Program-made: the position numbers and the translations under genes | Assembly (NCBI RefSeq): GCF_964204645.1 | Contig: NC_134028.1 | Span: 12,633,263 to 12,697,262, forward strand | Length of the DNA: 64,000 nt | Direction of reading: 5' to 3' | Origin: Tubulanus polymorphus | Lineage: Eukaryota > Animalia > Nemertea | Notes under the pieces: generated by a model | What the model saw: the letters and a program-made list of their open reading frames with translations, nothing else | What the model was told of the DNA's origin: nothing | The model's database searches: none | In this document: positions 13,701 to 26,029 of the stretch, piece by piece | Numbering within the stretch: position 1 is the first letter of the stretch | How the letters are laid out: every line of letters starts with the position of its first letter

Positions 13701-14512
13701 TCTGGACAGGCAATTTTGGAAATCGGAGATATCTTCCCGAGTGTACAACCTCGAAAAACAGTTCTTGGTTGATCGGATAGATTGATTACTCGAATAGGAA
13801 TAACCTCATTCTCCGTGTCTACGATTCCCTTAGCGGCCAAAATATGTTTTGATATAGTCTTCGAGACTGCCGGTTCCACGATAGCCCACTTCCCTAATGA
13901 AGGTGACTTTTCAGCAATACCGGGTAAAATTACTTCGCCCCCAGGCGGGACAGACACGTTCTTTAACGCCGCGACTCGGATGTCTTTATCCGGTGTCTTA
14001 ATGGCACGTGTGTCAATGTACTGACGGCTTTTACTAACGACAGTACGACATTTCGGATAGATCTGACAATCGAAATGCGACAAAAAATCCATGCCGAGAA
14101 TACCGTCTTCGGTGATATCAGCTACGATCAGATCCCAAACTACCGTCTGGTCGAATATTTCAATTTTCGTCGTGATCTTACCGAGCACATTTAGATGACT
14201 ATTATTAGCCGAAATTAGCTTCGACTGGCAAGGCAATAATCCCGGTCTTTCTTTAGACGGGATCTCATAATAACTACGAGAATTCAGTATGGAAGCGCAG
14301 CTTCCAGTATCAATAAGAAAATTTATAGGAACATCGCTGATCTCAGCGGTATATTGTAACGAGTCCGAACTTCCGGATATAATTACCTTATTAACTTCTA
14401 ATTCGACAGCATGCGAGAGATTTAGGGTTTTCTGAGCAGTCGATCGAACTCTCACTGTATCGACTGCTGGGAGTTTCCCGCCGAACCGTTCGAACCTCGA
14501 AGTCGTGGGCAA
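10706..14512 (-). CDS. pol: Gypsy pol (protease, RT, RNase H, integrase) with one in-frame TAG at 11285-11287
   Basis: LIDTGS protease; YLDD RT; TDAS RNase H; HHCC and D..D..E integrase motifs (MDILGP, TDQG, GMIER); GPW (GPY/F-type) C-terminal motif; 10706-11275 continues in the same frame after a TAG at the conserved W position. Confidence 0.93.
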
Positions 14513-15666
14513 TTCGACTTGAAGTGTCCGAACTCTTTACAGTGGAAACATTGTACACGTGAATAATCTCTCTTTGGCCTTGCGTCAAAACGACTTCGTT
14601 CGTTAGGACGTTGCTGCGCTTGTAAAATGTTTTCGAATAACGAGAACATCTTCGAAAATTCGGACTTGATCTCGGCCCTGAACTGTTCGACTTCACTGCC
14701 GACTCGAGCGCCATCTTTGACTTCTCGTACGAACTTCTTAGTTAAGCCATCGCGTTCGTCTTCGAGACGACGATAGCCTTCTAATTCTACCGCCATAGAG
14801 ACTAATTCATTCAGGGTTGTACATCTACTTTGATATAAAGCCATTCGAAGTTCTCGATCGTCTAGCGCATCGAGGAAATGTGTCTTTATTAAACGATCTA
14901 GCTGTTCGGGAGGCATATCAGGGTATGCGAGCAAAGCTTTGGCAGAGAGGTCTTGCGACAATTCTCTGAGCGACTCCCCTCGTTTACGTCTTCGATTTCG
15001 TAATTCGGCTAAATACAGCTCGGCCTGTTGTCCAGGACCGAACCGACTTTCTAACGCTTGGCAAAGTGTATCGAAATCGACTCTTTCGTCAGGTCGGAGA
15101 GTACAGGCTAGTTGGCGAGCTGACCCACGCAAGTGAGTGAATAAAAACTCGGCTTTCATATAACCCGTCCATCCATTTATGCGAGCTATGGAATTGAAGA
15201 CGGTAATATAATCGAGCCATGACTCGTTCCCAGAATAATATTCTGGTTCGACTCTCCCGAACCCTCTCGGAGTTATAGGATTGGGTCTATACATCTCGAA
15301 TTCTTGTTGGCGGGCGCGGCGAAAGATTCGAGGAGTATTCAAAAATGCGCCTTGGTCTTCGTGAACATCATCGGGTACACTTGAATCTTGCGGGACGTTT
15401 CGTGTCTTTCTCATCGTGGATCGTGGGTTTGAACGAGATATAGCTTCGTTCAAAGAGTGGAGTTCTCTCTCTATTAGGTCTCTTGAGGCATCGGGTTCAG
15501 CCCCCCTAAGTCTATTTTCCTCGGATAAAGGCAAAACAATAGAGTCGCCGCAGGCAAGTGAGCGTTCGCTCGATGGGCGGTCACTAGAGATTTTATCAGA
15601 GGCATTTCGACCGTCGGGGTTTTTCGTGGACAGTTCGAATTCGAGCGGATTGCTTCGAGTTTTCAT
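14452..15666 (-). CDS. gag: Gypsy gag
   Basis: 404 aa; capsid-like helical region (YSG..W..Y...F, L.G.A, L..RFG); CCHC knuckle CFHCKEFGHFKSNC. Confidence 0.92.
   Translation of the reverse strand: MKTRSNPLEFELSTKNPDGRNASDKISSDRPSSERSLACGDSIVLPLSEENRLRGAEPDASRDLIERELHSLNEAISRSNPRSTMRKTRNVPQDSSVPDDVHEDQGAFLNTPRIFRRARQQEFEMYRPNPITPRGFGRVEPEYYSGNESWLDYITVFNSIARINGWTGYMKAEFLFTHLRGSARQLACTLRPDERVDFDTLCQALESRFGPGQQAELYLAELRNRRRKRGESLRELSQDLSAKALLAYPDMPPEQLDRLIKTHFLDALDDRELRMALYQSRCTTLNELVSMAVELEGYRRLEDERDGLTKKFVREVKDGARVGSEVEQFRAEIKSEFSKMFSLFENILQAQQRPNERSRFDARPKRDYSRVQCFHCKEFGHFKSNCPRLRGSNGSAGNSQQSIQ
14473..14479 (-). promoter_or_regulatory. -1 ribosomal frameshift slippery site G GGA AAC
   Basis: Minus-strand GGGAAAC lies in the gag/pol overlap in the correct gag phase (GCG GGA AAC), with pol in the -1 frame (GGG AAA CTC). 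Confidence 0.7.
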
Positions 15667-15787
15667 TTTTAGCTTTCAGTTCCTGAATCGTGGACATAGA
15701 AACGCATGTAATATTCTTGTTGAACAAAATGACTTGTTACTTCAATTATGCGTTCAGACATGGAGTATTCGAGCAAAAAAAACGACG

Positions 15788-15805
15788 ATCCCACCGCTGC
15801 CACCA
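15788..15805 (-). other. Primer binding site, tRNA-Leu
   Basis: Minus-strand TGGTGGCAGCGGTGGGAT just inside the 5' LTR, complementary to the eukaryotic tRNA-Leu 3' end (ATCCCACCGCTGCCA-CCA). Confidence 0.85.
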
Positions 15806-15808
15806 ATT

Positions 15809-17294
15809 TGTAGCGGCACGGGGTCGACAGTATATACGGCATTAAATCTTGGTAGCGAGAGCAGGTAAGTCCAGAATAGGTCCGCTACAGGTGGGTACGC
15901 CTAGATCGATTCTGCCCCTGGAGAGGACAGAATAAGGGGTCAATGACCGCCCTAGGACAATCGTCGAAAAATACTATGCGATTTGCTAACTCGTGAGATT
16001 CGATTCGGTTTCCCCGCCTAAACATAACTCTGACCAGTACAGTCGGTCGAATTTCTCAAGAACCACAGCCGGAAGTCACCACTTTCGTTACGTCGGCCAT
16101 TCGTAATCGAATCGACTCCGACCGTAAATTCGAGAGAAACTAAAAATAGGCGATCGGTTTCTTCGACTATAAAATTCAAGTGCAGTCTGAATTTTATTCC
16201 GGTTTCCATAAGCTCTACCGAATCCCACTGAATCTCGCGACAGTCATAGGCAAATAAGGCAATCGCATTACTAGAATATCATGCTCGAATATATATATAC
16301 TCCGAAAAATCGAACGCATAATCAAAAGAAGTAACAATTCATAGTTAAAAATGACATGTATGAATATTTATTGATTTATTCAGGGCGAGAATCGTGGCGA
16401 AATGAACAGGCTATTAGGACTTGACTAGGCCTCGGACCTCCGAGTGATCTCGGGTCGAGAGGCGGCAAGGGCGAGTATCCGACTTCGAGAGAAACCCGCG
16501 TTGTCAAGACAACGCAGATTACCCGAGTCATGATTCGAGAGAATTCGCTCGAAGTTCAGGCGATGAAAGTCTTCGAGCGAGAAAAGGTAGAGACTAATAA
16601 TCGAGGCGAGTCCACTCGAAGTCGAATAAACGTAATTCATACGGGATAAAAGGCTATGATGTTCTTCCATTGCAGTGATCCTTGGTCGGATTCTCCTTTG
16701 ATTTCGGGTTCAGACGAAGTATTCGAGCGGGGCAGGAGCCCTGTCCTAGGGACGTGGTTTGAAATGACTTATCGCATCATTCCGGGGTCAATACAGACCT
16801 GAATAAGGCAATTAGACTGTGCGTCTGGCGATTTTTAAGAGATCGATTATTCAGCGAGCGATTACAACCTCTGTCGACGTGTCTCAAACACGGAATGTCA
16901 GAAATGCGGTTCTGACCGCTCTTAAATAGGCCGCCTTCTACGCTGATTGGCTAATAGCCAAATTACTGCGCGATAAAAAATGCCGGCGCACGCGGCTTTG
17001 GGTAGGCGTACATGACTGGAATTTTTGATGAACTATCTCGAAATCAATCCTCGTTTGGATATTTGCTATTAAAAGAGCAGAAACCCTTCACGGAAAAGAC
17101 TTGGCAATATCCCAGGTAAAAGGAACTATTCCGTAAAACGGCCGTCTACGATGAGGTGATACGGCACTTCCGGATTTCAGCGATTTTGAATAGTGCGGCT
17201 CTGAATTGGCGAGTTTTCCTCAAAAGACGGATATAATGCTATCGCGGACTGGTCATCAGGTCTGAAGGTTGGTTCCATGGTCAATCTCGCCACA
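15809..17294 (-). repeat. 5' LTR
   Basis: Near-identical to 7865-9349 (one 1-bp indel noticed). Confidence 0.95.
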
Positions 17295-18526
17295 GAAGGA
17301 TTGGTAAGAAGTGTAGGAAATCGCATCTTAAATCGGCGAAAACAACCGCCATGTTGAATAATAGTTGTCCCGAGCCGCGGAGCCACCATACAACTTCCAA
17401 TATACGCAAATTTGCGTATTTGTGATTTCCGTTATACGCAAGGACGTGTTGAGTATCACGATATACCGATATTCATCTAATATCCTGAACAAGTGTGGGA
17501 TCGCAAGATATGTTCGATAGATGGCGAACTTGTCGCATGTTTGAAAATTCCCCAAATATGTCCATCAACGACAAGACTTATGTTTATAATTAGATTCCCG
17601 GTACGAATCTTGCAGCAACGACATGAACAAGCAAAGGTTACCTTAGCGAGGTTAGTCCTAAACATTTGGCATATAGGCCTATGGCATTTGGCGTGGCATG
17701 CGAAGTACCAACCATTCAATCAAAATTTAATCATTTCTTGCTTATTTTCTAAATGATGCAATTAAAAAATTTTTTTTCAAATTCGCAATTGAAATTAGAT
17801 TATTTGTTGTTGATATTCTTGTTTTTTCTTTCTAATTGTGCCTTTTTGACAAATCATTCTAGCGGCCTCCTTTTGTCGTCTCCACAGTCAGCAAGCACAT
17901 TGAATAAGTGCGGATTGGTTGATATTTATACTGTGTATCTATAATTCAGTAAAAATAGTTGATTCGCTGCGCCATATGACATGCCATGCCAGGTTAGAAC
18001 TAACCCGTCGCAGAGCAGCCAATTAGTTTGGAATGTTACGTGGGCACTTCAAAGATTCAATCATTGAAAGCCAAGGCGTAAGGTTAATGGTAATCACTTC
18101 ATTTATTCATATAAAAGGAACTCAAACTTTTAAAGAAACATGTAAATAACATACAAACAAGAGTGATTTAAAAGCTATTTATATCACGTCGAGCAAACAC
18201 CAAACTTTGGATACATTTCCTTTCAAAGATTGTGAAATTATATATACAAAACCAGATTTTATATGCCGTTATAGTGGCGTTTAAAAGTTAACGATTAGAT
18301 TCTCATAGAACTCGGGCGTCACTCGCCTCTACGACGCCTCAATTAAGAAATTTACTAAAACTAAATGCATGTTAGCCCTCCTGTTAGTTATTCAGCTAAT
18401 TTTAGTTATGCAACAATAGTTATTCCGTACCATCATCAATCTAAGAACTATATAATTTTTCCGCCATTGAATCACGAGATCCAATATAAATCTAATTGTG
18501 CCTCACAAAATGTAGAACGACGCTGT

Positions 18527-19199
18527 TCAATGCGTATAAAAATTAATGCAGTTGCTGCAGCACCAGTCTTCTCTAATGGCTTGTTCCAATTCCTCGCCGT
18601 GGAGTTTGATACAGATACTATGGTACCACCTGTAGCAGTGATTGCATCCAATCTGTAACAATAATGAAAATGATAGTGCATTATTTAGAATGCAATTCAT
18701 ACTGATATGCGATTGAACATGATAGATTCTTACCCACACTCCATTTTCTCCTCGAGTACAACATTGGGAACAGTCATTCGTCATATCAACTGTAATATTA
18801 CGTTTTAAAATTCTTACTAGGGTACTACTTATTTAAAAAAAAAATGAACATACTCGTTTCTACTGAAAATTCTTAAGTATATTTCCATCTTTACCTTCTG
18901 AATGTAGTAGCAGGTCTGCAGCAATGCGCTTTCTCTCAGCTGCGGGATTAAATCGCTCTTTCGCAATGAATCCCTGTTGCATCAAACATTTGGCAAACTA
19001 AAAGAGGAAGACCGTTAAACAACATTGGGCCGACCCTACTTAAATAATCTCAACAATTTCTACAATACCTACATGCAGAGTATAAACACCGCAGTTGTGT
19101 CCATCTGTCTGTTTGGGGTGATCGATTGACCCAACTGTCCACCGTATTTTGCCAAGGTCAGGCCTTCCTAGTCGGCGTTCTCTAAATTGGAGATATCGC
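18527..19199 (-). pseudogene. 3' part of a spliced Ulp1/SENP-like cysteine protease + PHD finger gene (4 exons)
   Basis: Exons 19199-19073, 18997-18895, 18789-18734 and 18652-18527 join in phase across GT-AG introns; PKQTDGHNCGVY catalytic Gln/Cys motif; PHD CSQC..CNHC..WYHSIC..WCCSNC; upstream exons not found. Confidence 0.75.
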
Positions 19200-19430
19200 C
19201 TAAAAAGAGATGGAAGCAATGTATGAATGGACATTATAGCTGCGATCACACGGAGATGATTTGGCTCGGGCCAATTTGGCACGGATCATAAGAGAGCGCG
19301 TTCACACGTAAACCATTCACTAATACTGATTCTAAACAATGCTCAAACAAAGCGAAGTGGATCATTTCTGGTGCCAGTTGCAATTCAAACGCAATCATTT
19401 CAGGGCAAACAGGCTCGGGCCCATTTTGCT

Positions 19431-19612
19431 ATTCCACTCTCAGGCTTTTGGTTGCGGATATCTATTTTGTGTTCTTTAATACGCTGACTAAGATTACGAC
19501 CCGTTTCGCCGATGTACGTCATATTAGAGTCTTTACATGGTATCTTATAGACCCCAGACTCAATAATCTCACTGTTGGGTTTATTTTTGGTTAAAAAATT
19601 GGTGAGTTTATT
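19431..19612 (-). mobile_element. Penelope GIY-YIG fragment
   Basis: Near copy of 21269-21450. Confidence 0.7.
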
Positions 19613-20824
19613 CAGTATTTGTCACTGTTTGTACAACAATTTGCCATCTGTTTCGGAGTAGTTGTACTGGTCATTTTCTTTGAGACATGTCAGCAGACAT
19701 GTCTTAAACATGTCTAGTTTATGTAAGATATATAGCTTCTAAAATTAAGTGAGAGCAGTCAGAGTTAGACTTTCGTCTTGTATAGATCCTTGCTGTGACT
19801 TGGAATACCCATACCCGATATTCAAAAACACACCGAGATTTTGTTAGCTTTGAATTGTCTGGTTGAAATAAACTACAGTTTCATCGGAGTTGGAGCTTTG
19901 TCGTCTAATTGATCGACAACCTGCAGCTGAAAGTCACAGGTCATCAACGGAATCTGCGACACGTCTTTTTCGCGCGGAAAATCGAGCTAGTTCCTGACCG
20001 ACAAGTAAAAATACTAGTTGTTACATAAGGTCTTCGAAAAGTTATAAAAATGTCGTCATTCTATTCTTGCGGCTTTGTATTCTTCCTGTTTTTATTCTAC
20101 ATGATGCCTGCGACACCATCTGCCCTCTTGGATTGGAAAAACATTCTAAAGAGACTCACGATTTGTTTTAAGGAAAGAACAATAGTTTTGAAAGTTTGGA
20201 ACTATTTTCGTGAGAAATACGTACAAGAAATTGACGGTTAAGTAGATATTTAAACTGGAAAGGCAACGGGTATAAATGAGCGATCAGTTCGTAATATACG
20301 GAAGCAAATGAAGGACACTGGACGATTTTTACATTTTACTTATTGCCTCTCCAGCTGTTTTGTATGTTCTAAATCTAACAGATTCCAGGAAATTGGTCCA
20401 TCAAAACACCCCTGACAACTTCAAATCAAACCTATGAAAACTATATCTAAAAGTTATGCACTCTTTGATATCCCACGAGTTGAAACTAATTCTAAGATAT
20501 ATCTGAAATGCAACAAGGTAGCAAAGCAAATCTGAATTCATTCGTACTCTTGATACCCCTCTTTGCCGTGACTATGGCAACAGCCAGCTGATTTTTGCTG
20601 ACTCACTAAACCCTTGCGCGAGGTCCAGCCACTTCAACTGTCAGTACCAATTAAAGTGTGTACATTTCATAACCTTTGCCTGGGCTGAGACAGACTTCCC
20701 GCCGGGTTGAACAGTACCGGGGTAGTAGTTTTCGAATAAACACTATAATCTGTGTCTACTGAAGATAAATGAAGAAATCCCACACTTCGAATTAAATTAT
20801 AGGATATAATTTATTATTATGAAA

Positions 20825-20866
20825 CCACAACGTTTCAGCTGTTGACTAACAGCCATCATCAGGTGG
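20825..20866 (-). ncRNA. Minimal type I hammerhead ribozyme (Penelope-associated)
   Basis: Minus strand CCAC-CUGAUGA-U-GGCUGUU(AGUC)AACAGCU-GAAA-CGUU-GUGG: stem I CCAC/GUGG, 7-bp stem II, conserved core, palindromic ACGU stem III. Confidence 0.8.
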
Positions 20867-21063
20867 AATGAATGACCAGAACAACAAGTAACAAGGCATA
20901 TAAACTCACAGGATCTAAATTCAAAACTAAAGATAAACGGACTAAGCAATAAAAACAAGGGGTACCGTAGAAAGTTCAGAGTAAAAACAAATTATGTAAC
21001 TAAGTGAAGTGGACTGAAGAGGGTGGCGATAACAGAGTGACACATAGTGACATTAACCCAAAT

Positions 21064-21510
21064 CTAATAGAGAGTTGATGTGTATGGATAATAATTGGTT
21101 ATGTGGAGAAAAAAAACCGTATTTAAATTAGTAGATAAATTGGATATCGAAAGTTTACATATTAGGGCTGATTCCACTATGTGTCTCTTATGAATATCTT
21201 TACAAGGAAAAATAAGTTTTGAATTCTGAAAGTCAAATTGGTGATTGGTTGTAAAGACATGATTTGGTATTCCACTCTCAGGCTTTTGGTTGCGGATATC
21301 TATTTTGTGTTCTTTAATACGCTGACTAAGATTACGTCCCGTTACGCCGATGTACATCATATTACAGTCTTGGCATGGTATCTTATAGACCCCGGACTCA
21401 ATAAGCTCACGGTTGGGTTTATTTTTGGTTAAAACATTAGTGAGTTTGTTATTATACTGAAAGACTAATCTAGTGTCGATGGTGCTTAATGTGGGTTTAA
21501 AGCGTTCCAA
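21064..21510 (-). CDS. Penelope GIY-YIG endonuclease domain (fragment)
   Basis: GVYKIPCQDCNMMYIGVTGR motif. Confidence 0.85.
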   Translation of the reverse strand: MERFKPTLSTIDTRLVFQYNNKLTNVLTKNKPNRELIESGVYKIPCQDCNMMYIGVTGRNLSQRIKEHKIDIRNQKPESGIPNHVFTTNHQFDFQNSKLIFPCKDIHKRHIVESALICKLSISNLSTNLNTVFFLHITNYYPYTSTLY

Positions 21511-21790
21511 AGTAGGTAAATACGGGATAATGATATTCTTTTGAGATCTGCGTTTTGTGGTCAGGTAATTGCGTCTAAAGTGAGAAATTCGGGCTTTGAA
21601 CTAAGATATGTCCAAAATTTTGTCTGGATAGGCTAGTTTCTTGAGGGCAGTTCTTATATGTTAGATTTCTTTATCTAAAAACATTTGATCACAAATACAT
21701 AGAGCTCGAAGAAAAAATCCTTGGGCTATTCCAATTTTGATGTTCAAAGGTGCAAATGAGAAAAAATGAAGATAGGCTTCAGCATTTGTC

Positions 21791-21921
<131 letters not shown>

Positions 21922-22710
21922 ACAATATATAACAACCGTCTTCTCCAAATAGAAGCACCTCTAGGTCAACAGTAACAGAAAACAAAGTCAGATTTTTTTG
22001 AATTCTTTATTAAAAAAGAAGGAAATTAGTATTCTCCAATCGCAGAGAAATCGCGTCATGTCAAGACATCAAGTTGATCGCGTCATGTCCTGAGTTAGCT
22101 AACAAGATAAACCAGGATTGGTACCAAATTATTTTCTTATTGAAATTTCTTTTCAATTCTTGTGATTCATACGAATTCAGTTGATGACTTAACTGCCTTC
22201 CTAATAAAAAGCAAAAAAGAAATGTTTGGTATTAAAACATGCGCATTTAAAGTCTTTAAAAAAAATGTCAAACCACACGAATTTTACTGGTGACACACGT
22301 ATCACTCCGGAGAGAGGGTTTGTTTGGAATAGACAATGATGTTAATTTAGTAATTAATGGCTTTTTTTCCAATACGTTATTGTATCATGCCATCATAAGA
22401 GTTTAAACTATGTGATGATTTCAGATTAAGCCACATCTCAATGAACACTATCATAAAACAAGTTTGTAACAAAAGCAAATCCGATAAATGCTGCTACAAT
22501 ATAGGTCTAAAAGATAAGAATATTGAATATTGCAGTGAAATTTGGGGGGATTTTTACCAGGGAGGATGTTAACCAAACATTCATTAATTGACTCACTCAT
22601 ACCAAGCTATGCGACAGAAACTTAAATTAACAATGAGTAATAATAAAACAATGGGTACCGAAGTAACCGAACCAGTCTAAACAGAACAACGTTATGTAAC
22701 CAATACGAGT

Positions 22711-23095
22711 AAACTTATTTATCCTTGTAAATACATTCATAAGAGACACATAGTTGAATCAGCCCTAATATGTAAACTTTCGAAATCCAATTTATCTACC
22801 AATTTGAATACTGGTTTTTCTCCTCATAATCAATTATTATCAAGACACATCAACTCTTTATTACATTTGGGTTAATGTCACTATGTGTCACTCTGTTATC
22901 TCCATCCTCTTCGGTCCACTTCACTTAGTTAGTCTTACATAATTTGTTTTTACTCTGAACTGTTTAGAATTGCTGTGGTTTCTACGGTACCCCTTGATGT
23001 TTTTATTGCTTGGTCTGTTTATCTTTAGTTCTGACACATCGAACAATTTTATCGTATAATTTTAAAATTCGAAGTGTGGAATTTCTTCATTTATA
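22711..23095 (+). mobile_element. Inverted, internally deleted copy of the Penelope 3' end
   Basis: Reverse complement of 20765-21219 with the ribozyme segment missing. Confidence 0.75.
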
Positions 23096-23130
23096 ACGAG
23101 TAGTAGTGGGGGTACTATATAGACAAATAT

Positions 23131-24770
23131 ATATAGGCAAATAGTCTGCAGATACCAAAGAGCCAGTTTCCAATATAGGCAAATAGTCTCCAGACACCAA
23201 AGAGCCAGTTTCCAATATAGGCAAATAGTCTCCAGATACCAAAGAGCCAGTTTCCAATATAGGCAAATAGTCTCCAGACATCAAAGAGCCAGTTTCCAAT
23301 ATAGGCAAATAGTCTCCAGATACCAAAGAGCCAGTTTCCAATATAGGCAAATAGTCTCCAGACATCAAAGAGCCAGTTTCCCATACAGGCAAATAGTCTC
23401 CAGATACCAAAGAGCCAGTTTCCAATATAGGCAAATAGTCTCCAGACATCAAAGAGCCAGTTTCCAATATAGGCAAATAGTCTGCAGATACCAAAGAGCC
23501 AGTTTCCAATATAGGCAAATAGTCTCCAGATACCAAAGAGCCAGTTTCCAATATAGGCAAATAGTCTCCAGACATTAAAGAGCCAGTTTCCTATACAGGC
23601 ACATAGTCTCCAGACATCAAAGAGCCAGTTTCCAATATAGGCAAATAGTCTCCAGACACCAAAGAGCCAGTTTCCAATATAGGCAAATAGTCTCCAGACA
23701 TCAAAGAGCCAGTTTCCAATATAGGCAAATAGTCTCCAGATACCAAAGAGCCAGTTTCCAATATAGGCAAATAGTCTCCAGACATCAAAGAGCCAGTTTC
23801 CTATACAGGCACATAGTCTCCAGACATCAAAGAGCCAGTTTCCAATATAGGCAAATAGTCTCCAGACACCAAAGAGCCAGTTTCCAATATAGGCAAATAG
23901 TCTCCAGACATCAAAGAGCCAGTTTCCAATATAGGCAAATAGTCTCCAGATACCAGATACCAAAGAGCCAGTTTCCAATATAGGCAAATAGTCTCCAGAT
24001 ACCAAAGAGCCAGTTTCCAATATAGGCAAATAGTCTCCAGATACCAAAGAGCCAGTTTCCAATATAGGCAAATAGTCTCCAGACATCAAAGAGCCAGTTT
24101 CCCATACAGGCACATAGTCTCCAGATACCAAAGAGCCAGTTTCCAATATAGGCAAATAGTCTCCTGACATCAAAGAGCCAGTTTCCAATATAGGCAAATA
24201 GTCTCCAGATACCAAAGAGCCAGTTTCCAATATAGGCAAATAGTCTCCAGATACCAAAGAGCCAGTGACCAATATAGGCAAATAGTCTCCAGACATCAAA
24301 GAGCCAGTTTCCTATACAGGCACATAGTCTCCAGACATCCAAGAGCCAGTTTCCAATATAGGCAAATAGTCTCCGGACATCAAAGAGCCAGTTTCCAATA
24401 TAGGCAAATAGTCTCCGGATACCAAAGAGCCAGTTTCCAATATAGGCAAATATAGTCTCCAGACATCAAAGAGCCAGTTTCCAATATAGGCAAATAGTCT
24501 CCAGATACCAAAGAGCCAGTTTCCTATACAGGCACATAGTCTCCAGATACCAAAGAGCCAGTTTCCAATATAGGCAAATAGTCTCCAGACATCAAATAGC
24601 CAGTTTCCAATATAGGCAAATAGTCTCCAGACATGAAAGAGCCAGTTTCCAATATAGGCAAATAGTCTCCAGATACCAAAGAGCCAGTTTCCAATATAGG
24701 CAAATAGTCTCCAGACATCAAAGAGCCAGTTTCCTATACAGGCACATAGTATCCAGATACCAAAGAGCCA
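23131..24770. repeat. 42-bp minisatellite, about 39 copies
   Basis: Unit ATATAGGCAAATAGTCTCCAGATACCAAAGAGCCAGTTTCCA with a few recurrent variants. Confidence 0.95.
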
Positions 24771-26029
24771 AAAATGCTTTGCTGATGCGGGCTTTTAATT
24801 TTAAAAATTTCATAACGCAGGTGGTATTTGATTTCCATGAGAAACTAGGGTACTGGTATTTTTTGTGTTACCTACTGTGTCCAAACTGATGGAAAAAATC
24901 ACGTTAAATCGAGTAGCCCTATTTTCCACATAAAATGTTCGTAGGACTGCAGAAAAAGAGTTGTTGAATTGCATTAAGATCAAGAAAACTAACTTTTTGG
25001 CAAATCATGAGATCCAAAATTGAGACAGAAATGTGAAAAAAAATGTTTTAATGATTTCAATTTCAATGGAATTTATTCATCATAAATCCAAAGTATAAGA
25101 TTGTGAATGAATTGATATGAATCGTGTGAGGGACTCAAAAAGGGGACAACAAATTTTAAAAAGTAATGATTCTTTAAATGATGTTTTGCCGGAAATTCAC
25201 TTCCTAAGTCCATGGATTAAAAATCATTTATGGTATCAAATGAATATGACACTAAAATAAATTAGAATTTCATCATCTTGTACATTTGGGACACGGTGTG
25301 CCGGTCGTCTCTATCCGCTGAGTTCGGTGTAATCCGCACACCGTATTTATATTGCGGTACTTAGTACTGTACTTCGCTTGCGCATATGAGAAGCTTGGTT
25401 TCCAATATACGCAAATTTGGAGTGAAGTCAATCTTAAGAATCAGCAGAACATGGCGTCACAAGCCCCGGGGCTTGTCACGCCATATCTGACATGGCGTCA
25501 CAAGCCCCGAGTAAAATGCAGACTATATATAATTCACGCGGAACGAAGATATATGTTCGCGTCGAACGGACCACGTTTTTAAGTCCGATACGACGTGTAA
25601 AACCTGAATGAGATAATTTCAAGTACCGGTATCAATGTGTAATAAATTTCTATTTTTTCTTAACTTATTGTCTAAATATATACTTACTAAATATTGTCTA
25701 AATATATGTACTTATACGTTATTTTGAAGTATTCCGTTCAGTGCAACCACTTTGAAAGAAAATTATCTCCCGTTTTTACTTCATAACTATATTCAGATGC
25801 ATATATATCGAAAGATTTTTATGTAAAATTCTTCGAATATGTTTTTCACAGGTTTCCGTTGTGGTGCGAGACGATCAGGAGATCATCAGCTACATTTACA
25901 TAAGCGATTTTTGTATATTTTTACATAGGAACAAAATAGAAACAACGATTTATAAACCTATTTCTAAGACTTAATGATTATTGTACTAATTTAAGATAAT
26001 CAGTCACAATTATTCATTTATTTCTACGG

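Larger units (their letters stand above)
7865..17294 (-). mobile_element. Gypsy/Ty3 LTR retrotransposon, full length
   Basis: Two ~1485-bp TG...CA LTRs, 4-bp TSD GAAG (7861-7864 and 17295-17298), PBS, PPT, gag, and pol in PR-RT-RH-IN order. Confidence 0.97.

Noticed and set aside
9778-15868. Plus-strand ORFs of up to 150 aa over the Gypsy genes
   Set aside because: Antisense shadows of gag, pol and ORF3
23087-24721. Long repetitive ORFs (394 aa etc.) and CRISPR-like periodicity
   Set aside because: By-products of a 42-bp head-to-tail minisatellite; no unique spacers, no cas genes, eukaryotic context
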